From NCBI GenBank assembly GCA_008632985.1, contig QPGO01000080.1, positions 62,001 through 126,000 on the forward strand: a stretch of DNA of 64,000 bases, in the 5' to 3' direction. Positions within the stretch are counted from its first letter, which is position 1. Each line of letters begins with the position of its first letter. Positions 1 through 11,959 of the stretch are shown here, piece by piece. The position numbers were made by a program, and so were the translations under genes. Source of the DNA: Psammoneis japonica. Its lineage: Eukaryota. The notes beneath the pieces are model-generated. The model ran no database searches, was not told where the DNA came from, and saw only the letters and a program-made list of their open reading frames with translations.

Positions 1-265
1 CTCAATGTTTTCTTCAAGTAATAGGAAATGGTGAAATTTTTATTTGTCCTCGGGTCTGAAAGACATTATTACTGTACTTTTATTTATTTTTTTAGAGACA
101 AAATATATTTCGAAAGGCGAAGCTCACGATTTGTACCTCCGCATTAGCGCTTCGCTTTGCGCCTCCCACACAATGCAATGTATTTGCTCGTTGTTCTCGT
201 TTTGGACAGCCGGTCTGCATACCGATTGACCACATCATCTCTCAAAAAGTAAGAATCATCCCATC

Positions 266-3034
266 ATGACTCCGTGGCATCCGAGTAGCGGCAACAAGAA
301 GGAGACGAAGTTGTTCAAGTTTTCCCATCATCATGTTGTCTCCATCGTATCGCACGCCATTGTGGCAGTTTGTATTCCCTTGTGGATCATCACTTGCTTT
401 TTATGCGTACTTCGTACACCATCCGTCGTTGACACAAGAATAAATGTTGACTTCGTCCACAGTCCATCAAGAACCTTGGTCAGACGGGAAGCGACGTCTA
501 TCTTTCAACAAAAGGATTCTGGTAGAAAACTCGGTACGGATGTGATAGATTCAGACGCCGTAGTTATGGTTGTCCCATTTAAGGACGAGAATGAGGCAGA
601 GAGCCTGATGAATCACTTGACGAAACTACCAAAAAGTGAAAAGAAGAATCTCCATGTCATGTTTGTTCGTGAGGTGAATTCCACAACTCCATACCTCCGA
701 TTTGCCAGGCTCATGAACATGGGGATCTCCCATGCCTCAAAAGTGTACAACCACAACAACTCGACGTGCATTGTGGCCCACGACGTGAATCTGCTACCAA
801 ATTTGGCTACGATTCAATACGGCGATAGCTGTGAGGCGCCTACGCAGCTGTGCTATGAGCAGTCATGTTATGAGGACGGCCTACCATATCCAGAGTATGC
901 AGGAGGAGTCGTGAGCGCCTCGAGGAAGGACTGGCTTCGAGTAAATGGATACACTGGATCTGCGTACGATTGGGGAGGTGAAGGAGATGACCTCTACTGG
1001 CGTTTCCGCCAAAACAATCTTCTGGACCTCACACACATTGGGGCCTCGAGTGAGTGGATGCTGAGGCAAAACGAAACGGGAAAGGGAAAGTGTGAGTGCT
1101 CTGCGAGCGCTCGCCGACCTTTTGGATCGCACTTGGATCATCACAAGATTGGGGATAGGATAAGGCGGATGTCTGTAAAGAAATCGGCAGAGTGGAAATC
1201 TGATGGACTTAACAGCCTCTCTTACGAGATTCAAACAACGGTTTCGCAGCGTCAGAATGGGATTCTATCCACCGTTTTGAACGTCGTTGAACCAGCACCT
1301 GTCGTTGATGACGGATTACAAGATCACAGAAATAACCCTGATGAAAAGCGCCAGTCTGTGGTTCTTCTTTTTGCCTATCGTGACAGAAAGGCACACTATG
1401 AACGGATGATGGAGCACATTCATCGATTGCGACAGAAAGTCCATAAGGAATTGGACTTGCATGTGTATGTCGTGGAGCAGAAGAACAGCGATCTGTTTCG
1501 AAAAGGCTGGTAAGTCCATGTAGTCTTTGTGGGTGATTCTACATTCTGGCAAGGCAGTCCATACTGTACTATTCCTTGCACGTGATTATAAAGCTCACTG
1601 CAGTATTTTTTAACGCTCTCGTGTCTCCCTATCAGGCTCCTAAATGTCGGATTTCACGAGATAGCCAAACGCTTCGATCCGAACACTACCTGCGTCGTAC
1701 AGCACGATATTGACCTTCTCCCCAATCTCGACACGGTTGACTACAGCCAGTGTGAGATTCCGACACAGATTTGCACCGAAATCCCTTGTCTTGGACGCAA
1801 ATTTCCATACCAGGGTTCTTGTGCTGGTGGTGTCGTCGCAGCTCGACTGGCTGATTGGCAACGCATCAATGGATATACTATTCAGGCATACGGCTGGGGC
1901 GCCGAGGACGATGACATTTATTTCCGCTTTCGAGCAAACTCTTTGCTTCCTGTTCCATCGAAACCAAAGAAATTCCCTCCCATGAAAAGACCTGAGGAGG
2001 ATTTCGGGTACTGCGACTGCGTTCTTGACGATGTGGATCACACTAAGAGAAAGAGACACCCGAATGTGTACAACTCCATGATGCTCAAACTGAGGCGAAT
2101 GAGGAGGAATTCCACTGAGTGGAAGCGTGATGGCTACAGCAATACGAAGTATTCGCTGGTCAAGTCTTTTCGGGATTCCCACGGAAGCTCGTGGATCCAA
2201 GCGAACTACTCGGGCGCGTCCGAGTGGTCACCATCTGTTTTGGAACTCAACCCGGATGGCCCCAAGCCTGTCATTCTGATGTCTGTTGGACGCTCTGGAT
2301 CAACTGGTATCTTCCACGCTCTCGGGAATCTCACAGGTGAGGTAATTTTTGGTGAGGAGTACGTTGGAAGAGGTCCAGCTGAGACCAGTCAGTTCTTCCA
2401 AAAGAATGAATTCAACGATGGACAATGGTTGGTGGATCACTTGGCAGAGCTTCAGAAGAAACACCCGAACGCTGGTATAGTGGGTTTTAAGTGGAAACCT
2501 TACGCGAATTCTTTATCCTTACCTGGAGCCATCCAGGCCTTGAAACGAGCTTCAAAGACAAATCCTCCCATCAAGATCATTCACTCTTATCGAAATCATC
2601 TAGATGTCATGATCTCTGAGGCCAAACATGCTGCAAGTAATCACTCGCTTAACTGGTTTTGTGCGGCTGGAGATAAAGAATGCATCAAGCAACACAAGAG
2701 TCAACATGTCAAGCTGGAAACCAAACCGCTGCTTAGGAAACTCAAAAATGAAATGAAGAGACGCAAAGACCTAGAGGACTTGCTCGCCGAGGCTGAAGCT
2801 CCCCGAATGACCACCACGTATGAGGATCTGTATTATGGAGCTGACGCATCCGCATGGATGGACCTCTTTCGTTTCATTGGTGCTGGGCCTAAGGATGGTT
2901 TGTCTATGGACCGGGTCAAGTCGGTGTTTGAATTTGCCAAGACGAGCTCCATGCAGCATAAAGAACTGCTCGAAAACTACGATGAAGTCAAGCAAGCTCT
3001 TAAAGGAACAGAATTCGAAAGTCTCCTGCACTAG
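266..3034 (+). CDS. Type II membrane protein with two tandem GT7 (beta-1,4-galactosyltransferase-like) domains and a C-terminal sulfotransferase domain; 2 exons (intron 1510-1635)
   Basis: N-terminal TM segment. Domain 1 motifs: RFARLMNMG, HDVNLLP, WGGEGDDL. Splicing GTAAGT(1510)..ATCAG(1635) gives FRKGWLLNVGF...CVVQHDIDLLP...GWGAEDDD, in frame with ORF 1943-3034. The C-terminus has a PAPS-binding-like VILMSVGRSGST plus YRNHLDVMIS and TYEDL. Confidence 0.85.
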
Positions 3035-3269
3035 CACGTGAGAAGTGTTGGGGTTCGTCCGTTGTAGTTTAGCCATTCAAAAGGTGACTTAGGTTGAACT
3101 GTGATGTTTCTCCCCTTTTATGCTGTAATGATTAGTCATTGACCGTCAGAATTGGTTGGCGACCTTCACAGCACCGCATGTTTGATGATGCGGCAATGAA
3201 CCCGCCATCTGTGTTTCGAAAACTTGGGGGCGTCGATTCGCGCATATGATCAAAATTTTTTACACGAAG

Positions 3270-6200
3270 CATCGTGCCCTTCAAGCCTTGCAAAGAGATC
3301 CCAACAACAGCCCAGCAGGTCTAAAAACGTGGGCTAAATGACCATTGCTTTCATGGACAGGTTTGAACATGAGGTTTGCTTGCCAGCTCCAAGCAAGCTG
3401 AACATTGAAGAATCGTTCAATGCTCTTGTGCAGCTCGACTCAGTGCATCGCTTCACACACACACTGGACACATCTCCTTGGCCACTCATGTGGCTCTCTC
3501 ATTGCCAGATCAATCAGCTGCAACACTGGCAGCACAGCACACTTCAAGATCAGAAAACTTAGAATCACTCCTGGAAAAGTGGGCTGCAATGCACAAGCTG
3601 TGCCATCTGCAACACAGCCCCCCCCAGTCACATGACACCCCCAGCCTCTGACACTTTCAACAATTCTGCCCCCCCCACACACACACACCCACCTTGTTCC
3701 TGTGGCAAAGTTTCTGCATCTCTAGAGTTCCCATCATGCTCAGATGGTCATTGTCAGACATTGCTTTGTAGAGCACAACTTGTGGTGTGTCCCAAGCCAG
3801 TCACAAGAATGAACAAAGGCGCTCCCTTTCTGATGTTGTCAGCACAATTTTGAAATTTGCAGAGAAAGACCCAGGCATCAGTCACCAAAGCAGAGCATCA
3901 CTTGGCTTGTGCAGATGAGCTCCAATGTTGTCCCAAAAAACTGGGTCATTGTCTCTGTGCTTTGCACCTCACTTGCCATCAAAAACCACAGCTGCCTCCT
4001 TGCCATGTTGTGTGCATCACCACCCACAAACTCTTTTGAGGAGCAGCAAGAGCTGAGCTCAGTTTGGTGCTAACAACAGTGTCCCCCAGCTGTTTGTTGC
4101 TTCTTGATGCCACATGTTGCCACTGTTGCCCCCAAAGTCTGAGCAGTCAAACACAAACTTAAGATGCCAAAGCCATTTCTCAAATGATGTGTGAGCTTGG
4201 ACACCATCATTTGCTTCATCCTGGCAATGTCCCCACTGCAAAAAAAGCACAAATGAGAGCAGCTCACCAACATCTCAGACTGAAAACAGTGTGCGCCTTG
4301 ACCCACCAGTGTTCAGAGCAGCCATTTGTTTGGAGTGCCATGTCTGGCACTCTCAGTCTCTTCAACCTCTCTTCCGCTGTCTCTGCACTTCAAGAAGCCC
4401 CTGCCTCTTGCTGAGCTGTGTGCCCTTTTGGGGCCACTGGCTTCTGGTGGGTGCTGCCAACACCTCTGCTGGGTCACCTCAGTGGCTCATGCAATGATTT
4501 GTGGCGGGTGGCAAAGAAAGGGAGCTGTGGTGTGTCATTCTAGCATGAGTTGCCAATTTCTGGGAGTGCTTGCTGATGTTCAGAAAAGTGCACACATGTG
4601 ACCAAATTTCTTGAGCAGCACATCACAGTTCTGGACATGCACCTCTTTGGAGATTGTGGCTGGACAAAGATGTGTGCTGGAATGGCAAAATGGGCAGAAT
4701 CCCATGTTGGCAGCAACTTTGATTGTGCTCTGTTGTCATGTCAGAGTCAATGCAGGACACAACCCAGATGTGCCCATTTCTGTGTTTGCTTTGCACTGAT
4801 GCCACAATGTTGCAAATGCAAAAAACAATTGGGTGCAACTCCAAAGCAGCATCACACAAATGCAATGCAGAAAAATGCACTGTGGATGAGGTGAACATTT
4901 CTGGGTCTTGCTCTTCCAGCACATGCACGTCAGCTGCTGTGGGTTGTCAAGAAAGCAAAGCAAATGTGATTGTGCAAAGCACGGATGTGCAAACTCATGT
5001 GACACCATTGGGATGGCACAGCAAAGTGGCTCATTTTCTCAATGACAATGACCCAGCGGCAATGGGAAAAAGGGCCATGAACAGTTGGGTGCATTGTGGC
5101 AGCACTTGTGGCTGATTTTTGTTTGGGGCACTTTTTTTGTCTTAAACAGCAGCAGTCTTTTTGAAAATGTGAACAAGCATGACAAGTGGGCAATGCAGTC
5201 TGTGGCATGTTAGAAAGTGCAAAAACATCATCATCTCAGCAGAATTTGGCTTGTAAAAAAAATGTCTGCTGTTTGAGCGCAGTGCTTGACTTTGAATGTG
5301 GACAAAAAAGGTTGTGTGCCAGGTCATCTGGATTTGTGCACAAAGTCATCCGTTTGGACAAAACATTGAAAATTTCAATGACAATTGCTTGGACTGACCC
5401 TGCTGGTGTGTCTCAAGTCAAGCCCTGTTGGACAAACTCCAAATGAAAGAAAGGCATGGGCGGATGTGCAACTGAGAGGTTTGCAGCAGGAGGCAGCTGA
5501 CAATGCCATCACATGTGAAAGGCAACTCAGCTTGCCTCATTGAATTGCTCACATCATTTTTTTTTAACCACAAACCCAAATTTCTGTGCACACATTTTAG
5601 GGCAAATCTGGTGTTTTGGGGGTGCCCGAAAGCATGCCTTTGACTGCAATCCACAAGCACACCCGAGGCTTTTCAACATGTGTTGTGCAGTGTGTTGATC
5701 AGTGCTCCTTTGTCACATGTGGAATTTTGCAAACCATCATTGTCCCACAGAGCATCACCTGGTGGGTCCCAGAGCTGGGGGGCATGTGTCAAAATCAAGC
5801 TTGTTGGACAGGCAGGCACTGTCCACAAAGGTCTTGTTCTCCTCAGTGCAGGGGCAGAGAACCTTTAGAGAACTTTGAGTGCAACAGTGTTGTGCACTGC
5901 TCTCCATCTCCTTCTCTGCATTTGTGACAGTTTTTTGTTTTTTCCATTGCCGAGCTTTTGAACAAGTTGTTTTGTTCTGCTGTCATCTTGACACTCTGAG
6001 CACTGCCACAACACAAGTCTCATAAAAGCAAAAAATGCTCACAAGCTCCCACTCTCAGCAGATTGACATGAGCGGCTTCCTGACAAATCTGGGCTTGGAC
6101 GTTGTTGTCCACAACTTTGTCAGCTGAAATCTTTGACAAAGGCAAAAGCTTTGTCCACACTGCTTGCTTCAAAAACATGACACAAAGTCAAGGGTGGGTG

Positions 6201-6675
6201 TGACACACTGGGGGCATGCAGGCAAACAAAAGTGGAAAAGAGCAAGCTCAGCAGACAAGCAGCAAGAAAGAAGCAGTTGTGGGCTGACATTTCTGTGGCA
6301 CTGTCATGAGAGATCTGAAAAATGGAAGGTCAGCTCCAGGTGCTGTGCACTTGTTGTGTGCAAAAGATCTGCCACACGGCCCAATTTTCATTTGGAAAAC
6401 AACAAACTCTCCTTCATTTGTTGTTCTTTCCAAAATCAAAGAGCAGTTGTGCACAAAACATTGCATTTTTCATGGGCACCTGCATTGTGATTTTGGAAAA
6501 ACCAAATTTGAAGGAGTTCAATGTGCTGAGAGCAACTCTTGGAAAACTCTGCAAGGAAAGTGGGGTGGTGTGCACACAACTTTTTTTTTTGGAGCTTGTG
6601 TTTGTTCTCTCCCTTGGCTTTGCTGACTTGTGACAAGCTTTGTTGAGTCTTGCCAAGATGAAATGCCAGTCAAAG
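3270..6675. mobile_element. Degenerate unclassified repeat/TE, left part, interrupted by the Gypsy insertion; strongly TpA- and CpG-depleted
   Basis: Abrupt shift to TG/CA-rich sequence with no credible ORF. It continues after the Gypsy element, which is flanked by an AAAG duplication. Borders are approximate. Confidence 0.6.
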
Positions 6676-7107
6676 TGCCCTGTGCATGTGCCAGGCGCTG
6701 AAAAAGAAGATGTGTTACGACTTTGTCGTTGTGAAAATTATGAGCTAGTTTAGAGTAGAGAAAGTGGGATCGTGCGAACAGGGAATCTTGCCAAATCCCC
6801 ATTCGTTCGCATTTGGATCGCATTAAATCGATCGTGCGTTCGCATTGTGGATCGTGCGAATCAAGCCATCACGCGCCATGCATGAGTGATGTCATCATGT
6901 GGAATCACGCTGCCATCGTGGGCCAGACGACGGGCTAGTGTGCTTCACACGGATGCTCTCTTAGCATCCTTCTGGATTTGCCTAAGACCTAGAGCCACGC
7001 CCTCCTGTGGTCGTGCTTCCCAGGCATGTGTCAACAACACTGCGTTGCCACGCACAAGAGGCTTGTGCACGGTCTCGCCGTGTTGTCCAGCAGCGAGGCA
7101 TGCTGCA
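6676..7107 (-). repeat. 3' LTR of Gypsy element 1
   Basis: Colinear with 11528-11959 without indels; about 21 differing sites by hand count, all transitions. Confidence 0.95.
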
Positions 7108-7129
7108 CACTCCCCCATGATCAGGGCCG

Positions 7130-10100
7130 TCAAGTGACAGGATGTCTTGCTGGTGACAGGGTGCAATCTGCCGTAGATTGTGCACATCCATCAGCACTCC
7201 GTTCTGGACACGCAACGTGCCGTTGTCATGTGCACGGACAACTCTGGCGGGTCCTGCATGGCTGTCAGAACCGCACTTAGAGGATTGTTCCTGTTTGACA
7301 AGTGCCAACTGCCCCACGGTGTGTTGATGCTCCTTGCGTTTCTGATTTTCACGCTTGTTGTTTAAGTGGGTGAGCTTCTGCTTTCTGGTTTCTATGCACT
7401 TCCACTTGGCACGATGGGCAACAGATGAAATCGCATCGCGTCCGAAGACCAATTGCACGGGGCTTGCACGCGTGGTCGTGTGCACCGCAGCTCTAGCAGC
7501 GAAGGCCACTGCCGGAGAGGATGCCACTCCATGGGTCATCTTCGTCCAGTTCCACATCCTGCACTGAAAAGGAGCGCACCATGTTGCCAAGTGTCTGGTG
7601 TGCACGTTCCACTGTGGCATTTGCCTGTGGATTCCGTTTGCTTGTGGGTTTCTTCAAAATCCCATGGTCATTTTAAATTCTGCCATAAATTCTGTCCCAC
7701 GGTCATAAACCACCTGGGTTGGCCACGGATGTCTGCACAGCCACGTTTGTTCTACGACGTTTGCTGCAATGTCTGCACGTTTCGCAGACACTTCTTTAAT
7801 CTCGAACCACCCGGTTGCTGGGTCAATCATTGTGACTGCCCACAATTGCAAGGTGTCCTTTCCGCGTCTTTGAATTTTATGTGGCCCCATCACATCTGTG
7901 CACAGAGTCTCCCATGGAATTGTCTCTGCGACCTTTTCTGGCAGCTTCCCATGATGCTGCATTCGGCGTTTTGTCTTCTGGCATCGATCGCACTTGACAC
8001 ACGTAGAATGCACCGTAGACCTCATGCTGGGCCAATGGAAGTGCTGGGCAATGGACATTTCTGCACGTGTCTCACCTGGATGACACAATGTCTCGTGGCG
8101 CCATTCAGCCAGCGGAACCTGCAATGACTGTGGCACTGCGATTTTGTCCTTATGACAGATTGACTGTCGTGATGACCCTCCCCCACGATGCGCGCGAATG
8201 GAGCAGTCGGACGAGTCCTCAGCTCTTGAGAGCAGGCGCTTGTCCTTTTGTTGTGCTTTTTGAATGCGCTTGAAGCTAACAGGCAGAGACAGCTCATCTT
8301 GAGCGTCTGCATCAAAGGCTTCATGCAAAGGACGACTCGATGGAGTGTCTTTTACATCCGGATTGGCCTCGGAAGGCAAGCTGGGTGCTGGTCGAAGGCG
8401 ACTGAGAGCGTCTGCGACCAGGTTGTGGGCACCCTCAACATGGCGTAATTCGGGACCGCATTCTTCGCATGTCAACCGCCAGCGCATGATGCGCTTGGCA
8501 TTGAATGCTTTGCACGTAAGATTTTTGTGATCAGCACACATGATCACACGATGACCAAGGAGAATCGTTCGAAATTCTTTCAACGTCTCCACAATGGCGA
8601 GCAATTCTCTCTCCGTTGTTGCGTGATTTAATTGCGCACTGTTGAGCTTTCTGCTGCAAAAGGCGACAGGTTTGTCATCTTGGGATGCAACTGCTCCCAA
8701 TTGACATTTAGAGGCATCGGCATGCACCTCAAAGGGTTTGTTAAAATCAGGATGTGATGACAAAACATCATCCGACATTGCCCGTTTAACGGTTTCGAAT
8801 GCCTCGTCTTCAACGGACGTCCACTCCCACTTAACAGTCTCGCTCACGAGTCATGTTGGCGGAGCCAAGACTTCAGAACGTCTGATCCACGTGTCGTGGC
8901 AGCAGTTCACCATGCCAACAAATGAACGCAGGTCACGTTTGTTGGTTGGGGTCGCGATTCGCTCAATGGCGTTGACTTCATTGGGCATTGGTCGCATTCC
9001 GTCTCTGTCAACCAGATGACCCAAGTGCTCTAACTGGGTTTGACAGAAGTGAGATTTAGTTGCGTTGACTTTTAGTCCTGCTTTCTGGACCCTCAACAAG
9101 ACTTCTTCAAGTTTGTTGAGGTGATCTTCACAGGTGCCTTTCATCACGACGAGAAGGTCATCTAAGTGCGTTCGAACGAACGACAGATCTTCAAATGAGC
9201 CTGACATGCGTTCTTGGAAAATGTCTGGCGAGTTGCATGATCCCATGGGCAACACCTGCATCTCACACTTGCCCCACGGGAAGATGAGCGTGCAGAGCTT
9301 CTTGCTGTCAGCATCCAATCGGATGTGACAACAGCCCATGTTTAAATCCAGCGATGCAGCCCACACAAAGCCTTCGAGCTTGAGCAGCACATCTTGGACA
9401 TGAGGAATCGGACAAGGCAATCGCTTGATCCGTTTATTCAGCTCTCTGAAATCATTAATAAAGCGCACCGTTAAATCTTTCTTCGGTGTGATAAATGATG
9501 GAGCTGCCCATTGGGATCGGTTAACGCGTTTGAGAACACCGACGCACTAGGCGTTCTACTTCTTTACGTAGCGTAGCTTCGTACGCACGAGGTACTTTAT
9601 ACGGACGAGCGTGGCATGGTTCTACACCCTCCTTGAGTTGGATATGGTAGGGTTCTCCCTTCCATTCTCCTAATGTCCCATCAAATAAGGACTCATGGCG
9701 TTTCAATAGTGCCAAAAGGTCGTTTTGTTGAACTATAGAAAGTTCTATTGCCTCTCGCGTTATGTCCCCGAGGCAGGCCGGCGCGTGCTTAGCGTCTAAA
9801 ATACGCGAAATCCGGTCGGTTTCCGAAGATAAGGCTTCTGGATCTTGAAGATAGAAGGAGGTTTCCACCGTAGCATCTACGTGCCTCATTGGTACTTCTC
9901 CATTGACTAATGGCCACTCTATCATCTGTTTAGAGAAGACAACATCAATGCCTTGTGTCTCCAGAATGTCACGTCCAATAATCATATCGTACTTGCCCAA
10001 CTTTCCGTTGTGTACGTGGACGGTATGCTTAAGTTCTGCAGTTTCGGATAATTCTGGTAACCAAAATTTAACGGTACAGTCGTTAGACGTACTAAACGAG

Positions 10101-10390
10101 CCTGCTACCGTAGTCCAGTTTGTCTCAGCCGTTGAATGGCTTCGCAGACGTTTACAGTATCGACTATCGAGTAGAGTACTGCTGGCGCCACTATCTAGTA
10201 GTGCCTTAATGGTTTGAGTCTTGCCCTTGCCATGTTTAGTATTCATAGCTATAAACAAGATTGGAGTAAGATGAGTCTTTTTAACTCGTTTACGGGATTG
10301 GCCTACAACACGTGTACGATGGTAATTCAGTTGTTCATTTATACATTCATCTAATGTATTAAAACTACCTGTATCGTGTCGGCCCTCTTC
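7130..10390 (-). pseudogene. pol: Gypsy pol (protease, reverse transcriptase, RNase H, integrase), broken by frameshifts, a stop and hypermutation
   Basis: Protease ALLDSGAS and YDMIIGRD. RT LDLNMG, LPMG and VRTHLDD. RNase H DAS, ERELLAIV, DHKNL and VADALSRL. Integrase H..LCHPG..C..C, D and DRGTEF. The 3' end is approximate. Confidence 0.92.
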
Positions 10391-11466
10391 TCAGGCGTCC
10401 GAATCTTCGGAATCACTTAAGTTGAGGTCGCGGAAGTGATTAAGCTCCTCCTCGCGGGCCTTACGCTTTTTCTGAGCGTTGGCAAAGTACTCCTCGACCT
10501 TCGATCCGATGAGAGCATTAACATCTTCCTCATTCCGAGGTTTTGTATTAGGCTTGCCGCTTCCGTTATTGGAATGTCCAGTCTTGACACGTTTCACGTG
10601 GTGCTTGAGCTGACGGCAATCTTCCGCATCATGTCCACAGTTAGTCCCGTGCAGCATGCACGACTTCTGGGTGTTCCGCTGGGTCGTGATCAACGACTCA
10701 GGATTGTCCATTCTACGTCCCGCTTACGTGGAACCTTAGCATGTTGGTCCTGGTTACCTTCGGCAAGCTCGACCTGCTCGATGCGCTCGCAGAACTGCAC
10801 AAATTCGGCGATGGCATGCGCCAACGGGTCAAAATTTTGTAGCGTCATGAACTTCTGCCATGCGTTCGGCACACCGCACTCGAACACATCGCATGGTTCG
10901 TCATTGGGTGATGGTGCCGGTGTTTCTCCATCCTCCGTCACGGGTGGAAACTGAGAGATGTGGCCGTTAATTTCAACAGCCCTCGCGACGCAGTCACGAG
11001 TGGAAACCTCTGCCGGCTTGCGCATGAAGCGCCGCAGATGACGCTTCTGCAATGGTGCCGCCCCATTTGGGAAGATGCTTTTCTTTAGCTTCGTGATGCA
11101 TGCTGCGTGCGCAGCGTTGGTTTGGGATGCCTGCTTGTCAGCAGCATTGTCAAATGACGTCAGAGCATCGCCCTGCAGTGAGTCACGCATGAGGGCAAAT
11201 TTCGCTGGCCCGGTCGTGATGTTTTGTCCTTCGTGCACGCGATCCACGTTGCGTAGAAAGATTGGGAGTGTCTCGCATGTAGCCGCAGAAAGGTGCGGGA
11301 TGCCCATCTCGTGCGTTGGACCATCCGGATCAGCAGGGTTGTTGCGCAACTTGAGCGTCTGGCACTCGCCCTGCTGCAGCTCTTTCTTCTCCGGCCGTGC
11401 GAACGGAGTCGGCGGCTTGGTCCGCTTCTTCATGGTCGTTTTGAGATTTGTCGGTCCTGCCAACAT
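10391..11466 (-). pseudogene. gag: Gypsy gag with a frameshift near 10700
   Basis: Sits directly after the 5' LTR. Contains QKRHLRRFMRKP and a C-terminal CMLHG..H..EDC knuckle-like motif. Confidence 0.75.
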
Positions 11467-11527
11467 TTTGTAGTTTCGTTTCTGTAGATTTCGTTACCTC
11501 GCACAATGTGCGGGAGCAATGTCACTG

Positions 11528-11959
11528 TGCCCCATGCATGCACTGGGCGCTGAAAAAGAAGATGTGTTGCGACTTTGTCGTTGTGAAAATTGTGAGCTAG
11601 TTTAGAGTGGAGAAAGTGGGATCGTGCGAACAGGGAATCTTGCCAAATCCCTGTTCGTTCGCATTTGGATCGCATTAAATCGATCGTGCGTTCGCATTGT
11701 GGATCGTGCGAATCAAGCCATCACGCGCCATGCACGAGTGATGTCATCGTGTGGAATCACGCTGCCATCATGGGCCAGACGACGGGCCAGTGTGCTTCAC
11801 ACGGATGCTCTCTTAGCATCCTTCTGGATTTGCCTGAGACCCAGAGCCACGCCCTCCTGTGGTCGTGCTTCCCAGGTGCGTGTTAACAGCGCTACGTTGC
11901 CACGTGCAAGAGGCTCATGCACGGTCTCGCCGTGTTGTCCAGCAGCGAGGCATGCTGCA
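11528..11959 (-). repeat. 5' LTR of Gypsy element 1
   Basis: 432-bp direct repeat of 6676-7107. Confidence 0.95.

Larger units (their letters stand above)
6676..11959 (-). mobile_element. Full-length but inactivated Ty3/Gypsy LTR retrotransposon (element 1)
   Basis: Two 432-bp LTRs with TG...CA ends. 4-bp TSD AAAG at 6672-6675 and 11960-11963. Polypurine tract (minus strand GGGGGAGTG) next to the 3' LTR. Domain order gag-PR-RT-RH-IN. Confidence 0.95.

Noticed and set aside
3338..6656. Dense overlapping Cys/His/Gln-rich ORFs here and at 12-13.4, 33.3-36.6 and 49-56 kb
   Set aside because: By-product of TpA loss, which removes TAA/TAG stops and enriches TGY/CAN codons. These are not genes or metal-binding proteins.
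6676..11959. Alternative genetic code or Tyr recoding as the explanation for Tyr-free pol
   Set aside because: Non-coding LTRs show the same TA->TG/CA changes, and neighbouring host genes use Tyr normally.
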